Shown: positions 11,099 through 21,971 of the stretch, piece by piece
Numbering within the stretch: the first letter of the stretch is position 1
Layout: every line of letters begins with the position of its first letter
Assembly: GCA_963758525.1 (NCBI GenBank)
Contig: CAVWVQ010000003.1
Span: forward strand, 1,728,001 to 1,792,000
Source of the DNA: an uncultured Phycisphaerales bacterium
Lineage (GTDB): Bacteria > Planctomycetota > Phycisphaerae > Tepidisphaerales > Tepidisphaeraceae
DNA: 64,000 nucleotides
Reading direction: 5' to 3'
Notes under the pieces: generated by a model
What the model saw: the letters and a program-made list of their open reading frames with translations, nothing else
The model's database searches: none
What the model was told of the DNA's origin: nothing
Program-made: the position numbers and the translations under genes

Positions 11099-13174
11099 TC
11101 ACAGCTTCAAGTCGGTCAGGAATTCAGAACCCGGCTCCACTGCGGTAACCAGCAGACGATCTCTTGCCCGCGTGCAGGCGACGTACAGAAGCTGCCGCTC
11201 AGAGTCGTACACGCTCTCGAGTTCCGATTCGTCCGCCACACTTTGCACGCGATGTTCGTCAGGGATGACGCCATCATCGCAGCCCATCACGGCCACCGCG
11301 CGGAACTCAAGACCCTTGGCGTCGTGCATGGTGCCGATCATGATCCGCCCCGCAGTATCCGGCGAAATATCCCGCAGCTCGGAGCCGGCGGTCGATGAGC
11401 GCTTGACGGATTGCCATGCTCGCTGTTTCTGTCCGCTGGAGCGAACGAAGATCGCGATTTGAGCTGGCGTAATCCCCGACGCCTTGCAGGATGAAATCCA
11501 CTCTGCCACGGCGTCGATCTCGGCATCTTCTGTCTTTGCAATCCCGATAGTGGGCGGTGGACCATTGAACACCGACTGCGTTCGATCCCGTTCATCGGCG
11601 ATCCCGTCCACGTCCGTCACCGTCTTGGGCAGCAGGCGATCCGCGTGTTTCCGAATCTCGTTGGATGTTCGATAGTTGATGCGAAGCGTGTGCGAACGGC
11701 CACGCACGTCCACCCCTAATGATTTCCAGGAAAACGGCGACTGAAAAATACGCTGGCCCAGATCGCCGGCGAACATGAGCCCATTCGCCTTGTCACCGGC
11801 AAGGGCTGCAAGAAAACGCAACTGCGCCACACTCACGTCCTGCGCCTCATCCACCACGATATTGTCGTACAGTCGTTGTTCCGAACTCTCAGTTGTGTTG
11901 GGCGTTACCGCCCCAAATACCTGAGCCATGGTCACAAGGCCCGCGCCGGCCAACTCGTTCTCAACCTGCTCGAAGATCGTCCAGAGCTGATCTCTCTGTT
12001 TCTCCGTCAGGCGCGTCTTTCGACCCAGACGTGCGACGTTGCGATAAGCATCTCGCGTGCGCAACTGCCATGCATCAACCACGTCGTTCCACTCCGCCCA
12101 CAGGAACGCATCAGAGAAGCGGTGCGGCGCCGCAACTTTTGACGCCTTTGCGAGCGCGTCCCGGATAGTCGCTTCACGTGCGATCACGGCTTTGCCATGC
12201 TGTTGAGCATAGATTTCGAGGCCGACATCGTCGATTGAGCTGACTGTCACGCGAGAGGCAATCTCCGGATAGCCCGCCAGCAGGGTTGCCAGACGGGATC
12301 GAAGGTGACTCGCCAGCAGATCCGAGAAGGTCGTCAACAGCACCTTGTTCTGCGGATATTTCCGGGCCAGGAAGGCGGCGCGGTGAAGCGCCACCACGGT
12401 CTTTCCGGTCCCCGCCGAGCCGGCGACCCGCGCGGGTCCGCTGAATTGCCGCTGGACCAGCTTCTTCTGGTCCGGATGAAGAAAGATCGACCACGTCTCC
12501 CACGGCGCCTCCAAGGCCTGCGCCAATTCGGCCACGTCGGTCATCAGCCGGAAACGCTGCTGCGCCGCCGGATGCTCGAACGGATCGGCACCCGCGCCGA
12601 CTGGCTCCGGCAGCGTCGGCGTGTACCCAGTCGCCAGGTCCAGCAGCGCCTCGGCCGCCTCGCGCGGCAGATGCTCGGCGACATCGAAAATCGTGTCTTC
12701 CGTCGCCCCTCTGACATCCGCGACCCATTCCGCCGGCACGCCATACTTCAGCAACTGATCGTCGGCGACGCTCAGAAATAGCGCCCGCGGCTTGGCGGGT
12801 TTGGCTGGCGGGTGCGTGTAAGTCGGAATGACGACCTCCTGCACGCGCTCCCGGATTTCAACGAGCTGCGCCGCTCCGGTCGTCGGATGCCGCTCGATCT
12901 TCCGCCGCTCCGCCCAGTCGTACGCGTCGTCATGATGACCGACATAGCAGAGCAGCAGGCTTGCTGCCGTTTTGTGGACGATCAGGCGAATGTCGCGGCC
13001 GACGCGCACCGACCAGAAATTCCTGTCTTTCGCCTTATCCAGCTTGTGCAACTGCATGCCCGGTGTGGCCGGGTTCAGTTGCAGATCAAATGCAGTGGTC
13101 TTGACGAGCTTCTGCTCGTCGTTGGTCAACCGGGCCATGCTGCCGGTGAACGTGTCGGCGATGCGGAAGTCCAC
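11099..13174 (-). CDS. UvrD/SF1 helicase with N-terminal RelE-like domain
   Basis: GSAGTGKT, VVDEAQD, NYRT, TMHDAKGLEF, YVACTRAR; N-terminal FWSVRVGRDIRLI...HHDDAY. Confidence 0.9.
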   Translation of the reverse strand: MDFRIADTFTGSMARLTNDEQKLVKTTAFDLQLNPATPGMQLHKLDKAKDRNFWSVRVGRDIRLIVHKTAASLLLCYVGHHDDAYDWAERRKIERHPTTGAAQLVEIRERVQEVVIPTYTHPPAKPAKPRALFLSVADDQLLKYGVPAEWVADVRGATEDTIFDVAEHLPREAAEALLDLATGYTPTLPEPVGAGADPFEHPAAQQRFRLMTDVAELAQALEAPWETWSIFLHPDQKKLVQRQFSGPARVAGSAGTGKTVVALHRAAFLARKYPQNKVLLTTFSDLLASHLRSRLATLLAGYPEIASRVTVSSIDDVGLEIYAQQHGKAVIAREATIRDALAKASKVAAPHRFSDAFLWAEWNDVVDAWQLRTRDAYRNVARLGRKTRLTEKQRDQLWTIFEQVENELAGAGLVTMAQVFGAVTPNTTESSEQRLYDNIVVDEAQDVSVAQLRFLAALAGDKANGLMFAGDLGQRIFQSPFSWKSLGVDVRGRSHTLRINYRTSNEIRKHADRLLPKTVTDVDGIADERDRTQSVFNGPPPTIGIAKTEDAEIDAVAEWISSCKASGITPAQIAIFVRSSGQKQRAWQSVKRSSTAGSELRDISPDTAGRIMIGTMHDAKGLEFRAVAVMGCDDGVIPDEHRVQSVADESELESVYDSERQLLYVACTRARDRLLVTAVEPGSEFLTDLKL

Positions 13175-13184
13175 CCCGGTGCCC

Positions 13185-13844
13185 CTAGTTCGCGACGTTT
13201 GCGTCGATTTGATGGATCATCTGCCAGAGCCGGTCAGATTCACCACGCTCGACGATCTGAATCGGGGGCTGTCCCTCGAAAGCTTCATTGGGCGTCCGCA
13301 GCCATTCTCCGAGATGCTCCGGCGGCATGATCTCGGCGAGGGCATCGAACAATCGCTTGGTTTCCGTCAATTTCTGACGCGCCGAGTCGCTCAGGAGCCT
13401 TCCAGCCTCCCAGCCGGCGACAGAGCGGGTCGAATACCCTGTGATCCGCCCCATATCCTCCTGCGAGACGCCGGCCAATTTTCGAACTTCGCTGACACTG
13501 ACCATCGCTTTCGTTGTCTCGTGCTGTCGCCGGATGATCATTTTGCCATGGTGCACAGCCGTCGCAGTGCCAGCACCTGAGTGCCAAAAACCTTTCATCT
13601 GAAGCGCTTGGCCTGACAGACCAGAAGATCTCGGCCCCTTGAGCCGCGTTCGGTGATGAAGGGCCTTGAGACCTCTAAGTTTTCCGCTGAGAGGTGTTAC
13701 CTTTGCACCAATGGCTGCCTTCCCCCCAACCGGATAATGGTGCTTTTTACCGCCGGCGACCTGCCTTTTGGCGGCTGCACCCTTTGACTTAACCGTATGA
13801 GGCATACGTTCTCCAAGCTCATGGACTATCGGCATTTTACCCAA
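13185..13844 (-). CDS. Xre/MbcA/ParS-like antitoxin (HTH + C-terminal toxin-binding domain); true start may be downstream
   Basis: HTH VSQEDMGRITGYSTRSVAGWE; WLRTPNEAFEGQPPIQIV. Confidence 0.8.
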   Translation of the reverse strand: MGKMPIVHELGERMPHTVKSKGAAAKRQVAGGKKHHYPVGGKAAIGAKVTPLSGKLRGLKALHHRTRLKGPRSSGLSGQALQMKGFWHSGAGTATAVHHGKMIIRRQHETTKAMVSVSEVRKLAGVSQEDMGRITGYSTRSVAGWEAGRLLSDSARQKLTETKRLFDALAEIMPPEHLGEWLRTPNEAFEGQPPIQIVERGESDRLWQMIHQIDANVAN

Positions 13845-13879
13845 CAGATTACATGCAATATTGCATGCAATGCAGCATC

Positions 13880-14491
13880 TTACTTCTGTTTCCCAAGTTT
13901 CTCAAGCTCCCCGGCGTTCAGCACCTCGATGCCCAGGCTGCCCGTCAGGCCGGAAGGGAACAAAACAAGATTCACCCCGGCGGGATCCGGCCTCGAGGGA
14001 ACCAGCAGGCCCTGAATACCGGCGTCAAACACCGCCCGTCCGAGCGCCTGGGTCGCCGACTCATCTCCACGTCCCATAACGGCTCGCCAATTTTCAGCCA
14101 TCAGATTGGCGAGCGGTTCCGGCAATCCGGCTGCAATCGCTGGTTGAGTCAGGTCAAGAACGGCATCCGCTTTCACCCGAATGGCAATAACCACCTTCGG
14201 AAATCCCCTCCAAACGGCGGTCCCAAAGTAGCGGGCATGCTCATTTGCTTCATGCATCGCCGTCTCTGGTGCTCGGCTGAGATAGACGACGTTCATCACT
14301 CCTGGTGGATTCCACCGGCCGCCGCCGAGAAATGCGCCGACCCCAGCGATAATCTCGTCCGCAGATGTGTGCCGGGGTCCCGCCACGCGGTAGAAGACAC
14401 CGTCAACCCCCAGCCGGTCCGTCTGAACCGAAAGCCAGTGCTGAAATGCGCCATACCGAGGATGTGGCCCTAACTTCATATTTCCCCTCAT
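13880..14491 (-). CDS. RES-domain toxin (NAD+ phosphorylase family)
   Basis: GGRWNPPG, VYLS, TAMHE, TQALG, GLLVPS, NLVLF (R-E-S triad). Confidence 0.85.
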   Translation of the reverse strand: MRGNMKLGPHPRYGAFQHWLSVQTDRLGVDGVFYRVAGPRHTSADEIIAGVGAFLGGGRWNPPGVMNVVYLSRAPETAMHEANEHARYFGTAVWRGFPKVVIAIRVKADAVLDLTQPAIAAGLPEPLANLMAENWRAVMGRGDESATQALGRAVFDAGIQGLLVPSRPDPAGVNLVLFPSGLTGSLGIEVLNAGELEKLGKQK

Positions 14492-17443
14492 TCCACCCGG
14501 AACACCTTCATCACCTCATCCCCCAGGTGATTGATCACCTTCACCGCGATCTTCCCATCCTTCGGCTTTGGGAACGGCCTTGACGTGTCGCTGTTCAGCG
14601 TCGCCCAGGCATCTTCGTTGATCTCGGCGCGGAGCGTCGTCTTCAGGCTCTTGTAGGGATCGTTCGCGCCGAGGAAGTACGCCTGGCGGACGAAGAAGCT
14701 TTCTTCGTTGTAGTTGGTATCGATGAACCAGCAGGCGATTCCTTCGGCGCCGTCGCTGCGAACTTCGCGGGAGTTGGGGTGGAAAACGTCCACGCCATTG
14801 ATGCGGACACGGATCATGTCGAAGTCTTTCGGGTCTGCATTTGCCGGAGCGTCTTCGGGCGGGAGGATCTGAATGTCCGGCTCGCCGAAGATCACAAACA
14901 GATTGCCTTTGCCGGTGTTCTTCAGCTCCGTTCCCATGTGCAGTTCGGCGTTCATCCGCGCCTTGAGCACGGGGATTCTTCCAAGCTTGTTGAATTCACT
15001 GGCATGGGCCTCATAGTTGAACGCGCAGGCGATCAGCACGTCGAAGTTGGCATCTCCAGCTTCGCGGGCAGCCATCACGAGGTTCTGCCTTCCTGCCGTG
15101 CCGAACTCGGGACCGATGAAGATGCCGGCCCTGTGGGGAGGGGGAGAATGTTGAATAGTGAATTTAGAATTGTGAATTGAGGATGGGGAGGGGAGGCGGA
15201 TTTGTGTTCACTTCACTATTCACTATTCCCAATTCACTATTCTCTTCATACGTTCCCACCGCGCAGATATACGTTCCCGGCCAACCCGCGAGCGAAGTGA
15301 AGTCGATCTTGTCCTTTTTGTCCGCTTGCTGCACGCCGGCGGTGCGCAGGTTGTCCAGGATCATCTGAGCAAAATCTTTCGCATCACCGTCCTGGCGGGC
15401 GGCTTGCTGCGGATCGATCAGCTCATCATCCGCGCCCACCGTCATCACCCGGTGCGGGGACAAGCTCTCAACTGTGAATGGCCCGGCAACGCGAACCTTC
15501 TTCTTGTCCTCATATGGCTTGTCGTAGAGAAACTCGAACTCCGCCTTGGCGGCAATCGAGGCGTCGATCTCCTTCTGCCGCCCAATGCGGAGCGCCCAGA
15601 AATTGCTGTGAAGGCCCTTGGCCTCGGCCGACCAATTCGAATCCCCGTCTCTCGGTATCTCCCATTCCTCCAACAGGCTCTTCGCCTTCGTCGCGACCGA
15701 CAACTGGCCGCGGATCACTGACAATTGGCTTTCAAACTTCTCCCAGATGACATCGATCTCCGCGTTGTTGGCGATCGACTTCAGAGTGATGTGCGGCACC
15801 CGCTCGTAGACGAATCCCTGCCGCAGGCTGTCGTGCGTGGGAGCGGTACTCGGCTCGGTCCGCGACACCTCCGCCTCCTTCAACTGCCCCTCCCGGCTGT
15901 CGGCTTTCAGATAAAACGGATACCGCGCCCCCATGATCCGCGCCCGTGCCAACGCCAGCGCAACCCGCGATGTGTCGATCGTGATCCACCGCCGGCCCCA
16001 TTGCTCGGCGACATAAGCCGTGGTGCCGGAACCGCAGGTGGGATCCAGAACCAGATCGCCAGGGTCGGTTGCCATCAGCAAGCACCGCTCGACGACTTTC
16101 ACGTTCGTTTGAACGACATAGATTTTGAGATCAGTAAATTGTCCGGTCGCGGTGTCATCCCAAACGTTCGCTCTTGCCTTGACCGGGAAGTCACCGATCT
16201 CGCGGATGTATCGCAGCGAGTTCTCGGCCATGTATATCCGGTCCCCTTTGAGCAATCGCAGCATTCCGTCTGGATATCGCGCTTTCCAATGCGAGTTAGC
16301 GGGTGGTCGAAAATCGCGCCCGCGAACTTTGAAGGGATGGTCGGCGGCCGCTGCGCCCTGGGATATTAGATTGTCTGGCTTAAACGCGCGGATGTCTTTA
16401 TTCAGAGTAGCCGTGCTAACGCTTTCCCCAGATTTGAGAGAACGGGTTACACCGGGCGCTTCCTTTATCCAGCGTATGCTCCCTCTTGGCGATCTTGACT
16501 GAAAACTTCCCAAAGCTGCCGATATTTTGTCCCATCTGCCTTTCGCCCGTACCACAGAACATGGTCGGCGATATTCGCAAGCTTGCCGCTTTCGAAGCCG
16601 CCTGTTGTCGTGAAAACGATATCGCTTAGAAAATTGGATTCTCCGAACACTTCGTCGAGAACTGCTCGGACCCGATGAACATTCGCGTCGCCAATCTGAA
16701 CGAACACAGAGCCTGTCTCACTCAACAAGTCGCGCGCGACCGCCAGTCGGTCGCGAAGGTATGTGAAGGTACGAATTGATACCGTCTCGCCAGGTATCCC
16801 GAAACGCCTTTACCTGCTCCGGCTCTCGGGTCATGTGATCGACGCTGCCATCCTTCACATCCCGGCTGGTGGTTGACCACTGGAAATTCGAGTTGAATTT
16901 GATGCCATACGGCGGGTCGAGGTAGATGCATTGGACTTTGCCGCGGAGGCCTTCGCGCTCGGCGAGGCTGGCCATGACTTGCAGGCTGTCGCCGAGGATC
17001 AGCCGGTTGGCCCAGTGGGCGTCGTGGGCGTAGAAGTCGGTTTTGGCGTCGGTGTCGGGAAGGCCGTTGAAGTCGGCAAAGAGGTCGATCTGCGGGCCGA
17101 TGCCGACATCCTTCTGCCGCAGCACCTGCGCCGCGAGGCGTGCGGCATCGGACTGGCGCTTGATGTCGTCGATCAGCACCTTGGGATGCACCTTCTCCTG
17201 AATAAACAGCGGCGGCGCCGGAACCACCAGATCGGACCAATCCTGCTCGTCCTTTCCGCGCCAGACCAGTTGCGGATCGAGATCGCGATTCCGCCGCTCA
17301 TAGGCCACCCGCAGCGGCGACTGCTGATCGGTGCGCATGACCGATTCGTATTCAGCCGTGGGAATGTTCTTGCGCGACGCTTCGTCGTGAGTGAGGGTGA
17401 CGATGTCCTTTGCTGATGCGGGCTTGGTTGTGCGCTTGGCCAT
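14488..17443 (-). CDS. mod: type III-like site-specific DNA methyltransferase (Mod), three frameshifts (~16760, ~16510, ~15190)
   Basis: YLDPPY and VLDPTCGSGTT (beta order); C-terminal KIAVKVINHLGDEVMKV. Confidence 0.88.
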
Positions 17444-17490
17444 GGGAAGAATAGTGAATAGTGAATGTCGAATAGTGAAAAAGGAAGAGG

Positions 17491-17853
17491 CTAGCCTCGG
17501 GTGTTTTTGACGATTGTTGTGAGGATGGCGACGAGCTGGTGGGATTCGTCCACGAGATCAGCAAGTTTCTCGGCCGGAATGATTTGTACCGCTGCCAGCA
17601 ACCGGAGCCAGTAATTGGCTTCGCGTGCTTCTTTGCAGGCGATGCTCATCTTCGACAGAAAGTCAGCGCGGCTCTGTCCAGCCTGCGCTTCCTCGACGTT
17701 TGCGCCCACCGACGTGGCTGACCTGAGAAGTTGTCCTACGAGCGCCCGGTTTCCGGTTGACCGGTCGAAGGACTGGCAAACCCGCACCACGCGCAAAGCG
17801 AAAGCAAAGGTTCGCTCAGCGATATCCCGCGGCTTTCCAACTTCACTATTCAC
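17491..17853 (-). CDS. four-helix bundle protein (TIGR02436 / 23S rRNA IVP-like)
   Basis: QLLRSATSVGANVEEA...SRADFLSKMSIACKEAREANYWL; flanked by ATAGTGA heptamer repeats. Confidence 0.9.
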   Translation of the reverse strand: MNSEVGKPRDIAERTFAFALRVVRVCQSFDRSTGNRALVGQLLRSATSVGANVEEAQAGQSRADFLSKMSIACKEAREANYWLRLLAAVQIIPAEKLADLVDESHQLVAILTTIVKNTRG

Positions 17854-17856
17854 TAT

Positions 17857-18882
17857 TCACCCTTCACTATTTTCCTGAATTCGCTTTACCTCGCGATCGA
17901 AGTCGCTTTCAAAAACCTGATCCTGACGGACGCGAAAAACCGCGTATTGTTCTTCCGCCAGCTGGCGAGCGACTTCGGCGGAAACTGAACCGGCATCGGT
18001 GAGCACCTGGTACTCGTTGAACTGCAGAAACGCATCAAGCCGTTTCACCCAGTCGGTCATCTTCATGGGGATTTGCCTGGCGGCCTGGTTCTCGGCGTAA
18101 TCCAGATACATGCTGACGATGCGATCCAGCTCTTTGATTTCCTGCTCGATCAGGTAGTTCTTTGCGATCCGGACATCCGCTTTGAGGATTTTGCCCTGCG
18201 GCGCGTTCTTCCACGTGGTGAGTCCCATTGATGGCCTGGTAGCATCGGCGCGGCTGGCGATGATTTCGGCGGCGGTCTTGCCGCTGACTGCCCAGTGCAG
18301 CTTGTTCTGCACCGTCTGAAAAAACAGCTGGGTAATCGACGCGTTCTTGTCGTAGTCGATGCTGCATTGCTCGTAAATGTCGGTGATCTTGTGGTAGAAC
18401 CGGCGCTCACTGGCGCGGATTTCGCGAATCCGCTGCAGCAGTTCTTCGAAGTAATCCTTGCCGAACCGTTTGTTCAGTTTGAGGCGCTCATCATCGAGCA
18501 CGAATCCTTTGATGATAAATTCCCGCAAGGTCTGGGTCGCCCAGATGCGGAATTGAGTCGCCTGGGCGCTGTTGACGCGGTAGCCCACGGAGATGATGGC
18601 ATCCAGGTTATAGAACTCAATTTCGCGCGAGACCTCACGATTGCCCTCGCGTTGAACTCTTCGAATTTTTCGAATAGTTGGATCTTCCTGCAGCTCCCCG
18701 GACGCGTAAATCTCTTTCAGGTGGTAATTTATGGTGGGAAGCTCTACGCCAAAGAGCTCTGAGAGTTGCTTTTGGCTCAGCCAGAACGTCTCCGTCTGAT
18801 ACAGCACTTCAACGCGGACCGCACCGCTTGCGGCGCGATACAGAATAATCTGACCCTCGTCTGGACCTTCTGTGTCGCTCAT
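17857..18882 (-). CDS. virulence RhuM family protein
   Basis: FYNLDAIISVGYRVNSAQATQFRIWAT, IREIRASERRFY, VQNKLHWA. Confidence 0.9.
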   Translation of the reverse strand: MSDTEGPDEGQIILYRAASGAVRVEVLYQTETFWLSQKQLSELFGVELPTINYHLKEIYASGELQEDPTIRKIRRVQREGNREVSREIEFYNLDAIISVGYRVNSAQATQFRIWATQTLREFIIKGFVLDDERLKLNKRFGKDYFEELLQRIREIRASERRFYHKITDIYEQCSIDYDKNASITQLFFQTVQNKLHWAVSGKTAAEIIASRADATRPSMGLTTWKNAPQGKILKADVRIAKNYLIEQEIKELDRIVSMYLDYAENQAARQIPMKMTDWVKRLDAFLQFNEYQVLTDAGSVSAEVARQLAEEQYAVFRVRQDQVFESDFDREVKRIQENSEG

Positions 18883-21800
18883 GGCGTCACCTCGTGCGCG
18901 AGCTTGATCTGCGAACGAACATCGCCCGAGACGGCACATTCAATCATTTCGTCAAAGTACTTCTTCACCGTAGTCTCGAAATCGCTGCCGATTTGGTAGA
19001 CGTCGGCGAACTCGGCGAACGCCCAGCGCCCGAAGCTGTTGAGGTGATTGACGCCGGGCACCCAGTAGGTGTCCATCGTGGTCTTCTTGTCCTTGGCATC
19101 CTCGCCGCTATATCCCTTGATTTCGACGATCAGGTGGAGCGGATCATCGGGGCCGTGGCCGTCGTCGACGATGACGATGAAGTCGGGGCGGTACATGCGC
19201 GTTTCCGAGCCGTAGCGATAGGGAACTTCCAGACCGAGGTTGTAGTTCTTCACGTAACACAGCACGCGCGGATGGGATTCAGCGACCCGGCAGAACTCGG
19301 CTTCCCAGTTGCTGTCGAGAATCACCCAGTTGATCTGGCACTTGTCCGGGGAAGTCTGCCAGCGATCGGTTTTGGAAGTTGTGAAGTTGACGTGACGCGT
19401 GGAACTCTGGGGATTGTATGGATCAAGCACAGCACAGATCGGGCGTTGGCCAATGAATGCGCGGGTGATTCCGGCGGTGATGCGTTCGCAAGCCATGTCG
19501 GCCAGCGTCTGATACATGAGTTGGGCGGGAAATGTCTGGCCCTTGCAGACCAGATGCGAATCGAGCCATTGACGAGTGACGCGCTTGAGCTGGCCAAAGA
19601 GGTGCAGCTTGGGTTCCTCGCCGGGGTCGCGCCATTTGGTTTCCATGAGCCGCTTGGCGAGATGGAACAGGAGCGTTGACTGGCGGACGTCGCCGAGATG
19701 CTTGAGGTTCAAATCGACGGACGCCCCAATGATTCCCTCATTACGCGTGACACTCGGCCCCACCAGGTCAGGCGTGAGAACGAGCGTCGAGTCGTCATTG
19801 AAGACTGCATTGAGGCGCTCTTCGGGCAGTTCGACGCGATACCCTTCCACACGGGGAAATTCAATTTCCAGATTGTCGCGATCCGGGCGGACGGCCTTCA
19901 CCTGAACCGTCTCCCGCGGCGGCTGTGGCGGCGCGACCACCGGCTTTGCGGTGAAGTCGAACGGAATTCCCAGCACATCCGCATATTCGACATTGAACAG
20001 CCCCTCCTCATTGAGGTTGTACGATTGTCGGCGCAACGCGCGGCCGATGACCTGTTCGCAGAGAAGTTGTGTGCCAAACGCACGGACGCCCAGAACGTGG
20101 GTAACGGTGTTGGCGTCCCACCCTTCGGTGAGCATGGAGACGGAGACCACGCAACGGATCGATTCGCCAAGACGGCCCTTCTTGCCGACGGTGTTCATCA
20201 CTTCGCGGAGCAGATCTTCGTCGGTGAGCTTCTCGGCCTGCTGTCGGTCGCCAGTCCGCTCGACGATTTCCCGACGGAAGCGGTCAATTTCCTCGGACGC
20301 CATGTCGCGGAAGTTGGCATCGAGAGAGTCGCCGGATTCGAGTTGCTCGCTGTCGATCAGCAGCGTGCGCGGGCGACCGTACTGATTGCCGTGCTCGTCA
20401 AAATTGCGAAAGAGTTCGAGGCGGCCGTTTTCAAGCGTTGATGAGCCGTCGGACTTCTGGCGATGGAAGCCCGAGATGTAGTCATAGATCAACTTCGACG
20501 CGCTGGTGTTATTGCAGACGACAATGAAACAGGGCGGGACGCCGATGCCAGCCTTCTCCCACAACTCAAAAGTCTTGGCGTAGTGTCCGTAGAGGGCATC
20601 GAGCGCAGTGATGAGGGGCGTCGGAAGACTCAGCGGATCGAGATTGGCTGCTTTCCCGCGCCCTTTGCGGGGCATCTGCTTGCCGATGTGCTTCCACAAC
20701 TCACGGAAGATGGGGACCTCGGCCTCGGGAATGTTGTCTGCGACGGGCACGCGAGGCAGCTTGACGATGCCGCACTCGATGGCGTCCATCAGCGAAAAGT
20801 CGGTCATCGTCCATGGAAACAGCGTCCCTTCCGCGTAGCCGGAGCCACGGAGAAAGAACGGCGTGGCGGATAGATCGACGATGCGGTTGATACCGAGTTT
20901 ATCTTTTACGGCTTCGAGCCCGTTCACCCAGAGCCGGGCGGCTTTGCTGTTCTTCTCCGCCTCTTCCTTTTCGTCGCCGGAGAGATCCGGCTCGTCATCC
21001 AGCTCCGGCTTCTCGCGATAACAGTGATGAGCTTCATCGTTCAGCACCATCACGCCCTTCATGCCCATCAGTCCCGGCATGACCCGCTGGAGCATCTGCC
21101 CCTGAGATTCCAGCGTATTCAATTCAGGGCCATGACCTTGAAGCAAGGCACGCCCGCCTGCCGAGAGCTCAACCGTTTCGCGGAGCCGGAAGGCGTGGTA
21201 ATTGGTGATGATGATCTTCGCGCGGCCAAGATCGGCCAGCATATCGTTCGGGACAAGCTCGCGGCTCTGGTAATAGCTGTCGGGGTCGTTTGGCTGCAGC
21301 ACGCGCAGGCGATCGCGAATGGTCAGACCCGGCGTAACGACGAGGAAGCCGCGCGCAAAGCGCCTGCTGCCCGGTCGCCGCACGGCGTTGACGGTTTGCC
21401 AAGCGATGATCATTGCCATCACCGTGGTCTTTCCGGCACCGGTCGCCAGCTTTAGCGCCATGCGCGCTAACCCCGGATTCGAAGAGTCGTTCGCAGCGTT
21501 AAGGTGGTCGAGTATCGACTGGCCCTCTTTTCCGATGGCCGGCGCAACTTCAGTCAGCCAGATCGCGGTCTCGACTGCCTCAACCTGACAAAAGAAGGGT
21601 CGGACGCCACTGAACTTGTGATGGCGCCAGTGTTGAAGGAGTCGCGCCGTTTCAGGGGTGACCCGCCAATCTTCCGCGTTTGGAATTCCCCGCCATCGAT
21701 CAATAAGTTGGCGCAGATGGTTGATGTTGCTCGATGTCGCTTCGTATTGCTGGGCCGCCGTGGAAAGGCCCAGCCCTTCGTTGAAGACCAGCTCCTGCTG

Positions 21801-21971
21801 CGCCACCCGCGTCTGCTTTTTCGACTTGGGTATTGGGGTGACGAATTCGGCCCGCCGACGTTTTGGAGAAATCTGACTAGTCGGTTGACCGGTGCCGTCC
21901 AGCTCCCAGTGCTGGTTCGGGTACGCGTACGGCGAATTGAGAATCGGGTGATCAAAAAATGAAGTTGCCAT
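18879..21971 (-). CDS. res: type III-like restriction endonuclease/helicase subunit (Res)
   Basis: LATGAGKT, NDEAHH, LSATP, MLTEGWD; C-terminal PDFIV...VEIKG nuclease. Confidence 0.9.
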   Translation of the reverse strand: MATSFFDHPILNSPYAYPNQHWELDGTGQPTSQISPKRRRAEFVTPIPKSKKQTRVAQQELVFNEGLGLSTAAQQYEATSSNINHLRQLIDRWRGIPNAEDWRVTPETARLLQHWRHHKFSGVRPFFCQVEAVETAIWLTEVAPAIGKEGQSILDHLNAANDSSNPGLARMALKLATGAGKTTVMAMIIAWQTVNAVRRPGSRRFARGFLVVTPGLTIRDRLRVLQPNDPDSYYQSRELVPNDMLADLGRAKIIITNYHAFRLRETVELSAGGRALLQGHGPELNTLESQGQMLQRVMPGLMGMKGVMVLNDEAHHCYREKPELDDEPDLSGDEKEEAEKNSKAARLWVNGLEAVKDKLGINRIVDLSATPFFLRGSGYAEGTLFPWTMTDFSLMDAIECGIVKLPRVPVADNIPEAEVPIFRELWKHIGKQMPRKGRGKAANLDPLSLPTPLITALDALYGHYAKTFELWEKAGIGVPPCFIVVCNNTSASKLIYDYISGFHRQKSDGSSTLENGRLELFRNFDEHGNQYGRPRTLLIDSEQLESGDSLDANFRDMASEEIDRFRREIVERTGDRQQAEKLTDEDLLREVMNTVGKKGRLGESIRCVVSVSMLTEGWDANTVTHVLGVRAFGTQLLCEQVIGRALRRQSYNLNEEGLFNVEYADVLGIPFDFTAKPVVAPPQPPRETVQVKAVRPDRDNLEIEFPRVEGYRVELPEERLNAVFNDDSTLVLTPDLVGPSVTRNEGIIGASVDLNLKHLGDVRQSTLLFHLAKRLMETKWRDPGEEPKLHLFGQLKRVTRQWLDSHLVCKGQTFPAQLMYQTLADMACERITAGITRAFIGQRPICAVLDPYNPQSSTRHVNFTTSKTDRWQTSPDKCQINWVILDSNWEAEFCRVAESHPRVLCYVKNYNLGLEVPYRYGSETRMYRPDFIVIVDDGHGPDDPLHLIVEIKGYSGEDAKDKKTTMDTYWVPGVNHLNSFGRWAFAEFADVYQIGSDFETTVKKYFDEMIECAVSGDVRSQIKLAHEVTP

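Noticed and set aside
14488..17443. Phase variation or programmed frameshifting of mod
   Set aside because: No clean simple-sequence tract at two of the three breaks, and similar indels occur throughout the window
17491..17853. Diversity-generating retroelement suggested by the Avd-like four-helix bundle
   Set aside because: No reverse transcriptase or TR/VR pair seen in the window
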